Below are positions 9,495 to 19,530 of a DNA stretch of 64,000 nt, in pieces (the stretch's first letter is position 1; each line of letters opens with the position of its first letter). The position numbers and the translations under genes were made by a program. Under the pieces are notes generated by a model that was given only the letters and a program-made list of their open reading frames with translations, did no database searches and was not told the origin of the DNA. Source of the DNA: a virus (lineage: Duplodnaviria > Caudoviricetes). The DNA lies in IMG/VR virus record IMGVR_UViG_2840949845_000002, positions 1-64,000 of that record; one strand, 5' to 3'.

Positions 9495-9513
9495 TGGCGC
9501 TAACCAATTTTAC

Positions 9514-10983
9514 TTACTCCGCCAAGGCGTTGAAGAGGACCGGCAGAAAGGCCGGGTGGATCGCGCCGGATTGCTCGACCAGCTCGTCGCTGCGCGCAGG
9601 GTCCTGATAAAGCCGCTGCGCCAACACCAAAGCGGGTTGCGGGCGGGCTGTGGACACGACCACGCGGCGCGTGAGGCTGGCTCCGCGCTCGGTCAAATCA
9701 ACCGAGACGGCGGTGCGCAGGGCGCGCAGCGCCTGATAGGTCTGGTCCTGCCCGGCGTCGCCCGCCCGCGTCATTTCGGCGTCGATCAGCTCCACCACCC
9801 GGCTGCGCGTCTCAACCGCCTGGTCGTGCGATGGCGGCTCATACCGCGCGGCGGCCCGCGCCACCTCCGCCAAGGCGGCGCGCCGCACCAGCGTGGCCGT
9901 GGCCGTGGCCGCCGGGGTCGGCGACGGCCCCGAAGGGGCGGCCCCTGAACCGACGGTCCCTGAACTGACGGGGGAGACCGGCGAAAAACTGGCCAGCGGC
10001 GTCAGCAGGCGCAGCGCGTCCGTCGCGTTGGGGGTGGCGCGGGCGGCGGCGGACACCAGCGCGGCGACGCTCGCGGCGGCGGTTGGCAGGCTCGCCGCCG
10101 TCAACGCTTTCGCCTGCGCCATCGCGTCCGCGCCAGCCTGCGCCACCGTCGCCCGCCGCGCCGCCGTGGCTGCCTTCAGGGCGGGGAGAGTGGCGGGAGA
10201 AGCCGTCGTCGCGCCGCGCCGCCGCCCCTGGACCTTTGTGCCGCCGATGAACCGACCGAACGCGCCGGGAAGGTCGCGCACCGCGTTGTAGAGGTTCGTC
10301 GCGTCGTCGATCAGGCGGAAGACCGCCCGGACAGAGACGCCGACCGCGCTGACGATCTGCCGCAGGATGGCCGATCCCTGCTTGAGCAACCCGCCCACCG
10401 TTTGGACGAAGTCCAGAACGGCGGCGGCTCCGACGGCGTCCGCCGCCGCCTCGATCTGGCCGACGCTGGTCGCGCCGCCCTCGGGAAACTGGAGCTTTCC
10501 CGCCTCGACGCAATCCAGCGTGATTTCGAACACCCGGCCTTCGCGGCGGCGCTCGACGACGTGAAAGCGCAGCAGAGCGACCGATTTCCGACCCAAGGTC
10601 GGATGGACCAGTTCGGCCTCGCCCGCCGTCTCGCACGCCCGCACCAGCCGGTCGCGCTGGGCCAGCACGTCGCCCCCGCCGTACTGGACCGACCCCTCGA
10701 CCAGGAACCCGATCAGGCTGATGCGGCGCGGCCCGCGCCCCAAATCCTCCACCCACACCGAATCCCGGTAGGGGTATTCATGGACGGCGACACGGCGGCC
10801 AAACTCCGACGCCGATCCGATGACGCCGAAGGGCACGCCCCGAAACGACGCCGTTTGAAGCCGGGTGTGCCACGGCCCGGCGCCGCCGTCGAACCCGGCC
10901 AGATCGACGCCCAAGCGACCGGCGGCGTTGGTGACGCGGTCCAGCGCGCCGCCAAGCGCCTGATAGGCGTTGCGGTTGGGCAT
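9514..10983 (-). CDS. DNA circularization/tail protein (Mu gp43/N)
   Basis: ASFRGVPF...HEYPYRD..WVEDLG...LVHPTLG; C-terminal LYQDPARSDEL..HPAFLP. Confidence 0.9.
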   Translation of the reverse strand: MPNRNAYQALGGALDRVTNAAGRLGVDLAGFDGGAGPWHTRLQTASFRGVPFGVIGSASEFGRRVAVHEYPYRDSVWVEDLGRGPRRISLIGFLVEGSVQYGGGDVLAQRDRLVRACETAGEAELVHPTLGRKSVALLRFHVVERRREGRVFEITLDCVEAGKLQFPEGGATSVGQIEAAADAVGAAAVLDFVQTVGGLLKQGSAILRQIVSAVGVSVRAVFRLIDDATNLYNAVRDLPGAFGRFIGGTKVQGRRRGATTASPATLPALKAATAARRATVAQAGADAMAQAKALTAASLPTAAASVAALVSAAARATPNATDALRLLTPLASFSPVSPVSSGTVGSGAAPSGPSPTPAATATATLVRRAALAEVARAAARYEPPSHDQAVETRSRVVELIDAEMTRAGDAGQDQTYQALRALRTAVSVDLTERGASLTRRVVVSTARPQPALVLAQRLYQDPARSDELVEQSGAIHPAFLPVLFNALAE

Positions 10984-13009
10984 CACGGCCTCGCAAAGTC
11001 GGGGGTGGAGTAATTGACGCGGGTCGGCGCGAAGACGCTGTCCGGCTGGCCCTGCACCGACGCCGTCGTTCCCGGCGGCACGGCGCCGGAGAAGCGCACG
11101 TCAACCTGGATCGGTTGCCCCTGTTGCTGCCCCTGTTGGCCGGGTTGCCCCGGATTGGCCGCCGCCGCTCGCGCTTGCTCCGCCTGGGCCTTGGCGAGGT
11201 CCGACAGCAACACCGAATAATTCGGCACCGGCGTCGGCTTTTCGCCGAACACGCCGGGCTTGTAGAAGCTGTGGTCGCCGATTTCCGCCGATCGCAGATC
11301 ATCCCGGCCCCGACCGAAATCAGTGCCGCGCCGCTCGGAAATGTCGCGGTTGAGGAAATAGGTGGCGCCGCCGGTCGGGTCGGTCCGCCGCCCGCTGGCG
11401 ATCCCGTCCAGGATGCCTTGGACCGTCGCCCGTTGCGCGGTGGATCCCGATGGCAGGTTCCGCCAGTCGCCACCCGCCCGCATCACCGGCTCGAACTGAC
11501 CGCGCTGGTTGACCACGTCGGGGATGGACCCGCCCCACGCCGGGTGGGCCGATCGGTTCAGGACCGTCCGCACCACACCTTCCAAGCCCACAGCCCCCTG
11601 GTTGCCGGCCTCGGCGATGGCGACGCGGGTCAACGCCTCCACCGCCGTCGGATCGAGGGTGATCGCCTTGGTGTCCGCGCCGACCGTCACGGGCGGGACA
11701 GCCGTCGGCAGAGCGGCGGCTGTGGATTGCGGCGCGGCGACGGCGGGCGCCGACGGCGCGGCGGCGGGAGGCACGGCGGCGTTGGCGGGGGTGACGAACA
11801 GGCTCCGCCACCAGGATTTCTCCGGTGGGCTGGCCTGGGGCGCGGCGATGGCTGGCTTTTCCTCCGGCGTGGCTGATTTCAGGCTGAAATGCGGCAGCCA
11901 GCTCGGCCAGCCGGAATCTTCCCGCTGCTTCTTTTCTTCGGTCGTTTGCTCGCGCACGCCGAACCGCAATGGGTCGGCTTTGCTGATCTTGTCCAGCTCG
12001 CCACGGACGAAATCACCGATCCCGTTCCAGTGTTCGTAGATCAGGGCCGCTCCCTGGACGATCCCCGCGATCAGGCCCAGCACAGGGTGAAACCGCGCCA
12101 CACCGGCCACCACCCCCAAAGCGACGCCGACCTCGGCCAATCCGCCCGCCAACGGCTTGTTGGCCGCCGCCCAATCGGCGGTTTTGTTGATGATGCCGCC
12201 AAATCGGTCAGCGTAAGACGCCTCAATCGTGGCTCCAACGCCTTTGGCGGCGGCTTTCAGCCGATTGAGCGACGCCCCCAGCTCTTCGGACTTCGCCTGC
12301 GTGTCCTGCGACACCTCGGCGTATTTCTGGACATCGGCGAGGTATGTCTTCCAACCGTCGCGCCCCCGCCGCAGCATCGGCAGCAGCTGCTCGACCCCGA
12401 ACATTTGGGCGACGCGGGCCTGGGTCTGCGGGTTGCTCTGCCGCCCGATCGCGTCGGCCAGATCGCCCATCGCCCGCTCGGCGTCCACCGCGCCAGACGC
12501 CGTTCGGCTCATGCGGATGTTCAGGATGTTCAGCATCGCGGCGGCTTCCGGCGCGCGGCCATAGGCGGCGTCCTGCAACGTCGCCCCCAGAGCGTGCAGG
12601 CTGCCGGTCATCGCGCCCGCCTCCAACCCGGCCAGCCCCGCCGCGCTGCCCAACGTCCGCAAGCGACCGGCGGCGATGCCGATCCCCCGGCGGCGTTCGC
12701 GGTGGCGACGCCAACCTGCCCCCATTGGTTGACCAGCGCCGCCACGCCCGCGACGGACCCCACGCCCGCGATGGCTCCCACGGACCCGCCCAGCAGGCCA
12801 AGCCCACCGGCGGCCTCGCGCGCCATTCCGCCAACGTTGGCGACGCCATGGCCCAGCGCGCTCAACCGGGTCGCGTCGCCCAACCCGGCGACCGCCGAGC
12901 CGATACCGGCTATCGGGCGGCGGATTTGACCGAGCGCCGACCCGACCTTGGCGACGACGGCGGACGCCTGATCCTTCGCCGTGATGACGATCTGGAATTG
13001 GTTGGTCAT
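10983..13009 (-). pseudogene. Tape measure protein with SleB/Hydrolase_2 cell-wall hydrolase domain; single frameshift near 12690
   Basis: ORF 12608-13009 (MTNQFQIVITAKD) continues in ORF 10983-12725; AEAGNQ...VLNR...GQFEP...DPTGGATYF...IGDHSFY domain. Confidence 0.8.
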
Positions 13010-13164
13010 CGGGCTTCCGCCTTCATCATCCGCACGGCCTGGTCAAGCCACCAGGACAGCTCCGTCCAGGTGAGCGACCACGCGTCGCGCGGCCCCCAGC
13101 CATACCACCGTGTGACCTCGGCTAGGACGTCGCGCCAGTTGTCAGGCCACCGCCCGTAAAACCC
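13006..13164 (-). CDS. Tail assembly chaperone -1 frameshift extension (GT/GpE-like)
   Basis: After G GGT TTT (13158-13164) the -1 frame reads YGRWPDNWRDVLAEVTRWYGWGPRDAWSLTWTELSWWLDQAVRMMKAEAR*, with the stop overlapping the tape-measure ATG. Confidence 0.8.
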   Translation of the reverse strand, partial: GFYGRWPDNWRDVLAEVTRWYGWGPRDAWSLTWTELSWWLDQAVRMMKAEAR

Positions 13165-13424
13165 ATGAGGTAACGCACCGCCTTCTCGAAATCGCTGTAG
13201 GGAATCCGCTCGACGACAGGTTTCGGAAGGCCGGACACCAAGGACACCATCACGATGTCGCTCATCGTGGGGGACGCGTTCGGCCCGATCAGGGCCTTTT
13301 GCGCCTTCTCGACTTCGCCCGCCGTCGGCTCGCGCAGCCGGATCTCCATGTAGACTTCCAACCCGACCTCAATCGGCTTGCGCAGCTCGATCACGAGTTC
13401 GTCCGGCAAATGATCTGTGCTCAT
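13122..13424 (-). CDS. Tail assembly chaperone (Mu gp41-like)
   Basis: IELRKPI...IRLREPTAG motif; between tube and tape measure. Confidence 0.85.
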   Translation of the reverse strand: MSTDHLPDELVIELRKPIEVGLEVYMEIRLREPTAGEVEKAQKALIGPNASPTMSDIVMVSLVSGLPKPVVERIPYSDFEKAVRYLMGFTGGGLTTGATS

Positions 13425-13427
13425 GGT

Positions 13428-13796
13428 TTACGCCTCCTCGACCAAAGCGGATTCGAACTTCACGTCGAAGGTCGAATCCGCGCCCTTGACCTCCTGGCTG
13501 TCGACCGTCCAGGCGTTGCGCGCCGTGACGATCTTGCCGTTGGCCAGCTCGATCATGACGGTGACGTTCGTCATGGCGTTGAAGGCCGCGACGGACAGGC
13601 TGCCCGCGTCGCGCAGGGTGGCGGAAATGAAACCGGGGATCGGCGTCTCCTTGTAGCCATGGACGCCGTCCATGCCGCTGATGGTCTCGCGTTTGACCTG
13701 CACCGGGCTGTAGCTGAAATCTCCGGCCAGCATGTAGCTGACGCCATCGACGGTGAAATAGGCGACTCCCGCGAGTCGGCGGCTGGTGTCGGCCAT
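13428..13796 (-). CDS. Tail tube protein (Mu gpM)
   Basis: RETISGMDGVHGYKETP...ELANGK. Confidence 0.92.
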   Translation of the reverse strand: MADTSRRLAGVAYFTVDGVSYMLAGDFSYSPVQVKRETISGMDGVHGYKETPIPGFISATLRDAGSLSVAAFNAMTNVTVMIELANGKIVTARNAWTVDSQEVKGADSTFDVKFESALVEEA

Positions 13797-13808
13797 GGGC
13801 GAACCTCC

Positions 13809-15281
13809 TTATTGCAGGCGGAATTGGGCCAGCAGCGCGAAGATGCGCAGCTGGTTGATGAGGGCGCCGGGCCACAGCACATCGACGCGGTTCGGGTTGG
13901 TTTTGTTCTTTTCGACGATGATCTCGGCCTTGAAGACGTCGCCGTTCTGGACATAGCCCTCGGCCTCCAGCTCGCGGTACGCCGCGATCAGGTCCGCCCT
14001 GATGATGTTCGGCGTCACCACGTTGGCGCCGGGGCCAAAGCGCGTGCCGTTGGCCGCCAGCTTGACCCGCGCGTATTTGCTGGTGATGACGCTCTTCATC
14101 CGGCGCAGGATGAAGGCCAGCAGGAACAGCGTCTCCACCTCCAGATAGCTGTCGTCGGCGGCCCCGAAGCCGTTTTTCTGATAGGTCGTGATGACGTTTT
14201 CCAGCCGACAGGTCCCATCGTCGGCGGTGACGAAGGTGCTGACGCCGTCCCACAGCAGCACGTTCCGCTCGGCGATGGCGAAGCGGCTGGCGATGGGCGG
14301 GGCCAGCATGCTGGACAGCGCCAGGGTCTGGAGCGGCGTGCCAGGGTCGGCGCGCAGGCTGACGGCGGCGGTCCCGGCGAAGTCCGCCGCGACGACCCAG
14401 GCCGGGGTTGGGCTGTCGTAGAATCCCAGCACCGAAACATGCTGGTCGTTGCGCGTCGAGCCGAAGCTGGTCAAGGCCCCCAGCGTCCCGCGCTTGGCCG
14501 CGAAGGCGTGGCCATAGATTTGTTGGGACCAGCTCCAGCGGCCCGACACGTCGTTCAGCAGCGCCTTCACCGCGTCCAGGCTGGCCGCGTCGGTGTAGGG
14601 AAAGACGATGAAGTCGAAGGCCATGTCGCTGAGGCCCGCGAAGGCGGCGGACAGGTCCGGCGGGGTCGCGCCCGACGCCATGGGGGTTACGGCGACGCTG
14701 AGACCGACGGGCGAGGCCTCGCCGCCCGCCGCCCCTCGGTAATTGAGGCGGAGGTCAATCTCATTGCCCGCCGGTCCCTTGTTTTTGGCCGTCAGCGTGA
14801 CGACCCCCGTGTCAGCGGAGGCCGTCACCGGCAAATCGATCATCGCGTTGACCGTCGCCGCCAGGGCCGTCGCCGCCGTCGCGGCGGATTGGCCGCTGGT
14901 GACGGCCTGGGACACCAGCGCGCCGCCGATGTAGAGCGACAGCACCCCCGTCGCCGTCGCGCCGCCCGTCAGGGTGACGCCGCCGGTGGCCGCCACGCCC
15001 GCCTCGGCGTCGGCCAGCGGCAGGAACCAAACCTCGCCGAAATTGTCCGCTTTGCGGTAGGCGGCGGTCATCAGCGCCAGCATCGAGCCAGGGCCGCCCT
15101 TGACCACCGCGTCGGCGGCGCCCTGGCAGATCGACGCCTGATTGGGCGCGGCGGTTCCGCTGGCGGTGGATCTTGGCCGACGATAGGTCCATCGGTTCGC
15201 GGCGCTGGTGCCTTGAGTTGCCACCTCGGCCGAAAACAGCGGCACGCGCAGATTTTGAGGGCCGTTCTTGAACGGGATCAC
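13809..15281 (-). CDS. Tail sheath protein (Mu gpL); N-terminus appears locally scrambled
   Basis: PQNLRVPLF, TAKNKG..GN, ITTYQKN..G..DDSYL, NPNRVDVLWP..LINQLRIFA. Confidence 0.88.
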   Translation of the reverse strand: MIPFKNGPQNLRVPLFSAEVATQGTSAANRWTYRRPRSTASGTAAPNQASICQGAADAVVKGGPGSMLALMTAAYRKADNFGEVWFLPLADAEAGVAATGGVTLTGGATATGVLSLYIGGALVSQAVTSGQSAATAATALAATVNAMIDLPVTASADTGVVTLTAKNKGPAGNEIDLRLNYRGAAGGEASPVGLSVAVTPMASGATPPDLSAAFAGLSDMAFDFIVFPYTDAASLDAVKALLNDVSGRWSWSQQIYGHAFAAKRGTLGALTSFGSTRNDQHVSVLGFYDSPTPAWVVAADFAGTAAVSLRADPGTPLQTLALSSMLAPPIASRFAIAERNVLLWDGVSTFVTADDGTCRLENVITTYQKNGFGAADDSYLEVETLFLLAFILRRMKSVITSKYARVKLAANGTRFGPGANVVTPNIIRADLIAAYRELEAEGYVQNGDVFKAEIIVEKNKTNPNRVDVLWPGALINQLRIFALLAQFRLQ

Positions 15282-15289
15282 GTGGCGGC

Positions 15290-16410
15290 TTGTCCTCCTC
15301 ACGTCCACAGAAACGACAGCGTCACGTCCGCAAAGACTGCAAACAAGCCGGTTCCCACGGGGTTGTCCCGGCACCTCCGCCGTCTTGGCAAAAAGCCCTT
15401 CAAATCCGGTCGCGCACGCGAGCCCGGGAGCGGTTTCACGTCGCATGGCGGGGGCTCCTTAAAAAGTGATGAGAGCGCGGCTCATAACCGCCCCAATCCC
15501 GGCCCGGAACGTCGGGGGCGCACGCCGCCCGCCTCGGGAAGGGCGCGTCGCGGATAGACGCCGTGCAGTCGAAGGGGGCCGACAGGTCGGCCATGAACGT
15601 CGAGGCCAACGAGCCTGATCGGGATTGGACGGCTCGAAATCCTACGGTAACGGCATGGCGAATGCATCGCACTCGCGACATGCATTTGCCTCCGCCGAAA
15701 TGCGGTATCGGGTGGGACGCCCACCACCTGCATTCAACGCTGGCGAGATGCTCCTCGGTCACGACACGCCACCTGAATGAACGGGCGCAGGGTGACAGGT
15801 CCGCCTTCGAACCGCCTCCGAACGGTCCTCCGCTCCAAACCCTTGGCCGCGCAAAAACAGATGGCCGGCGCAGGTAAGCGGAAAGCCGCGGTGCCCCTCG
15901 GCTTTCGTGTCCTCTGACCGATGAGTCATACGACCGCATTGATCGCGGGCACTCGCTGCTGGCGAGCGGCGTGTCGCGGGGGCGCAAACGGCCCCGGCGA
16001 GCCGTTGCCGCCTTGAGCGCAGGCGATCAACCAGTCGCGGACGTCCAGATAAAGAGCACGTTCATCCCGACACCCAAATTCAAAAAAGAGCTCGCCCAGC
16101 ATGGCCATCCGGCCTCCAACCACCGAGACGACATAAACGCTCCCGCTGGCCAGAAATGGTACATGGTCCTTGATGTCCGCGAGTCGGGAATTGAGACGCT
16201 GGACCCAAAACCGGGCTGGCGAGGCCGACGGGCTGGTCGCCATTTCCTGCACCTCGGCGTAAGCTTCAACTAAGACGCCGGGATGGTGAAGGCGCGCCCG
16301 CCAGCGAAGGCCGAAGCGCCGCCTGGCCAAGGCTCGGCCACCGTCCTCGTGAACCAAACCGTACAACCACCGCCAAATGGATGCAAGCCTCCGCCGGATC
16401 GATGATCGCG
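15290..16410 (-). pseudogene. Degenerate head-tail joining/tail completion/DUF2635-like genes
   Basis: Only fragments recognisable across frames (TAPGL...RD, EAYAEV...SVYVV...DGHA); no intact ORF where these genes are expected. Confidence 0.5.
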
Positions 16411-16618
16411 ACCGGGGCACCGGCCCGGCAGGGCAAAGCCCAGCCAAGCTCGCGCAAGCGCTTGGCCTCGGCAGGCTCGACGTCCAGAGTCTCGCCGGGG
16501 CCATGGGCGATCGAGGTCGGTTCCCCGTCTTCGCCCTTGCCCGCCCGATGGACGGCGCGGCGCGGCGCCACGGTGATCGCGACCAGCCCCGTGGGGCCGG
16601 GTTCTGTTTCTCAGCCAT
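16400..16618 (-). pseudogene. Small post-capsid gene, frameshifted
   Basis: MAEKQNPAP joins 'VAPRRAV...GPGETLDVEPAEAKRLRELG' in another frame. Confidence 0.5.
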
Positions 16619-16619
16619 G

Positions 16620-17657
16620 TCAATTCACCTGCACGAACATCGCGCCGTTGGCGCGGGAGGGGATGATGACGGGGGCCGACTGCATCAGGATCAGCCGTTG
16701 GGCCGGGTCCTTTTCGACCCACGACTTCGGGGCGTAGGCCAGCGGGCCATAGCCGTGATCCGGATCCAGGATCATGCCGAACGCGCGGGTGCCCTGAAGG
16801 TCGGGGCCGGTCAGCACCACCCCGCCGTCGGGGATCATCGGCTTCTCGACATTGTCGTCCGGGTCGATGAACCAGTCGTTGTAGAGCCACAGCCGGTATT
16901 GGCCCCAGACGCCCTTGGACACCGCGCCGCGCTGCACCTGCGTGCCAAGCTGGATGCTGTTGGCCCCGCCCTGGCCGGGGTACCAGTTGGCCGTCTTCAG
17001 AACCGGGTCCTTGATGAAGGCTTGCCAGCTCTTGGTCGTGAACACGACGTCCGTCACCACCGCGCCCGACTTCTTCAGGACCAGCGTGGCCCAATTGTCG
17101 AGGTCGGTGGTCGGCGACGCCGTTTCGTTCTTGATGGCGTCGGCGGTCCAGCGGGCGACGCCCGACAGGGCCACGGTCAGGGCCGGATCGCGCTGGAAGT
17201 CGATCACCGTGGTCGGGAAGCCGTCGCCCTTGATGGTGACGGCGCCGGTGCACAGCGCCGACGACGCCATCCATTCCAGGCGGCGGTTCAGCATGTCGAT
17301 CTGGTCGGCCATCTCCAGTTGGAGGTTGGCCATCTCGCGCTCGGCGCCGCTCAACTCGCCGCCGATCCGCTCGCCGATCTGGCGCCGCACCGGCCTGCGC
17401 AGATCGGGCGCGCGCTTGTCCTTGATGTAGGCGGGCTTGAACTCGTTGGTCTGCATCCGGCGGCTCTCAACGAGCTTGCCAGCGACCAGCGGCGAGACGA
17501 AGGGCGCCATGCGGCGCAGGCCGACGTCGACGTCGATGGCCACCGTCTCCTTGTCGCTGGTGACGATGTTCGGGAAGAAGCTGTCCAGCAGCCAGTTCTG
17601 CGCCGTTTTCAGGTTGGGAACCACGCCGACCAGGACGGCGGTGCTGTAAATGTCCAT
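16620..17657 (-). CDS. Major capsid protein, lambda gpE family
   Basis: MAPFVSPLVAGK, FKPAYIKDK, RRLEWMA, LMQSAP. Confidence 0.93.
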   Translation of the reverse strand: MDIYSTAVLVGVVPNLKTAQNWLLDSFFPNIVTSDKETVAIDVDVGLRRMAPFVSPLVAGKLVESRRMQTNEFKPAYIKDKRAPDLRRPVRRQIGERIGGELSGAEREMANLQLEMADQIDMLNRRLEWMASSALCTGAVTIKGDGFPTTVIDFQRDPALTVALSGVARWTADAIKNETASPTTDLDNWATLVLKKSGAVVTDVVFTTKSWQAFIKDPVLKTANWYPGQGGANSIQLGTQVQRGAVSKGVWGQYRLWLYNDWFIDPDDNVEKPMIPDGGVVLTGPDLQGTRAFGMILDPDHGYGPLAYAPKSWVEKDPAQRLILMQSAPVIIPSRANGAMFVQVN

Positions 17658-17671
17658 GGGAATGCCTCCAA

Positions 17672-18072
17672 TCAGGCCGGGTCGGCGGCCGAGACGGCCG
17701 TCTTGAGGTAAATGCCCGCGTCGCGCAGCGTGTCCTTGACGCTGTTGGCGGTGTGGCCGGCGCCCAAAACCAGACGACCGGCGTTGAATTCACCGGCGAG
17801 GTAGACGCCGAGCTTGTCGCCGCCGCTGGCGTCGACCGCGTCGGCCAGGATGACGGACGGCGCCTGGCTGCCGTCGTTGGCGGCGGCGGCGCTGAGGGTG
17901 TATTTGCCCGACGCGGTGATCTTGCCGACACCGCGCCACGGGCCAGAACCTGGCCGCTGACCACGGTGACGGTGTCGGTCACGAGTTGCAGGCGACCAGC
18001 GATCGATTGGTCCGGCACGAACTCATTCGAGGCCGTGCCCGGCGCGAAGGGCGAGCTGGAGAGGGTGGTCAT
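17672..18072 (-). pseudogene. Head decoration protein (gpD-like), frameshift near 17928
   Basis: FVPDQ..AG...LARGAV then GKITASGKYTLSAAAANDGSQAP...GVYLAGEF...LRDAGIYL in a shifted frame. Confidence 0.8.
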
Positions 18073-18082
18073 GGTCGGCTCC

Positions 18083-18688
18083 TCACTTCTTGGCCGCGCC
18101 GCTGGTGGCGCGGTTGTAGGCGTTGGTCATGCGCGCGACCGTTTCGGCGACGCTGCCCTTCTCCGGGCCGCCGCCGCCGTCGGGGCCGACGGCGGGGCTT
18201 TCGACATGGGCCATGCGCTCGCCCAGCCCGCGCTTGCCCTCTGGCTGGCCGGTGATGGCGACGCCCGCCATCACGGCGACGGCCTGCGCGGAACTGAGGT
18301 TGGTCGAGAAGGCGAGTTGAGCGGCGACGTGCGGCAGCCCGGCGGCCTGCGGGCTTGAGAAGATGGCGGCGCAACGCTTGCGCTCGTCGGACCGACCGGC
18401 GGCGTAGGTTTTTCCCTTCGCTCCCTTGGCCTTCTTCGCATCCTTCTTCTTCGTATCGTCCTCCGAATCGTCGTCCGATTCCTCAGCCTTGGCGTCAGGG
18501 TCTTCCTCCTCATCCCCGTCGCCCTCGCCGTCCCCGTCCTCCTCCGCCTCCTGCTCCTCGTCGTCCTCTTCGGCCCGCTTGGACTGTTCGTCCTCCTTGC
18601 GGTCCTCTTCGGCTCGCTTGCCCGAGGGGCGGCGGCCCAAGAGGTGGGCGAACGCGCCCGCCGCGCTCGCGAAAGGCGAGTGCTTCAT
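18083..18688 (-). CDS. Acidic low-complexity protein, probable capsid scaffold
   Basis: E/D-rich, ERKRCAAIF motif; lies between protease and decoration genes. Confidence 0.65.
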   Translation of the reverse strand: MKHSPFASAAGAFAHLLGRRPSGKRAEEDRKEDEQSKRAEEDDEEQEAEEDGDGEGDGDEEEDPDAKAEESDDDSEDDTKKKDAKKAKGAKGKTYAAGRSDERKRCAAIFSSPQAAGLPHVAAQLAFSTNLSSAQAVAVMAGVAITGQPEGKRGLGERMAHVESPAVGPDGGGGPEKGSVAETVARMTNAYNRATSGAAKK

Positions 18689-18715
18689 GATCGGTCTCCA
18701 GTGTGGTTTGGTGGG

Positions 18716-19530
18716 TTAGCCCAGCTCGTCGGAGCAGGCTCAGGAAGGCGGCGTCCGGCGCCAGAACTGCGTCCGCCAGCCCCAGATCGACGCCCTTTTG
18801 ACCAGGAACGTCGCGCCTCGGTGTCCCGGACCTGGGCAGCCGAGAGGTTGCGGTTGCGCGCGACCGTTGTGACGAACAGGTCGCCATCATGTCCACATCG
18901 GCCTGGAAGCGCTCCCGTGCCTCCTTGGACAACGGAATCTCGGCATGGCCATCGGCCTTGGCGCGCCGTAGGTGATGAAACTCACCGCCAGGCCGAAGTC
19001 GGACAGGGCTTTGGACCAATCGACGTGCATCCAGATCACGCCGATGGATCCGGTGCCGCCGGTTCGGGGTACAGACAGCCGACCGGGATCGGCAGAGGAC
19101 GCCAGCGCGTAGGCCGCTGAATAGGCGCTTTCCGACAGGATGGAGGCGATCGGCTTGATGCCGCGCGACGCGTGGATCGTATCAGCCAGATCGAAGCATC
19201 CAGCCACCTCGCCGCCGGGACTGTCGATGTCCAACACAATGGCGCGAACCTCGGAATCAGACAGGGCGGCCAAGAAGCCCCGACGGATCCAGTCATAGCC
19301 GGTCGCCCAGGAACAGCCCCCGCGCCTTGAAACAGAACCCCACGAACAGGGATGATCGCCACTCCGTCAATCAGGCCATACTGCCGCTCCCGTTCGGCGG
19401 GCTGACCGAAGACCGCCTGCGGCGCCAGAGCCTCGCCGCGCAGCGCGGCGGCCAGCAGGTCCACCTCGGTTCGCACAAGCGCCAGCGGGCGGTTCGACAA
19501 CCGCCGGGCAATGTCAAACATCTGGGTCAT
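18716..19530 (-). pseudogene. S49 family prohead protease (gpC-like), multiple frameshifts
   Basis: VAIIPVRGVL / LDIDSPGGEVAG...AYSAAYALAS...TGSIGV / GLADAV in three frames. Confidence 0.85.

Noticed and set aside
13299-15557. 752-aa plus-strand ORF and similar long antisense ORFs (19530-21203, 16377-17711, 62772-63977)
   Set aside because: Shadows of well-supported phage genes on the opposite strand
18420-18620. Low-complexity TCC/TCG repeats
   Set aside because: Explained by Glu/Asp-rich coding in the scaffold-like gene
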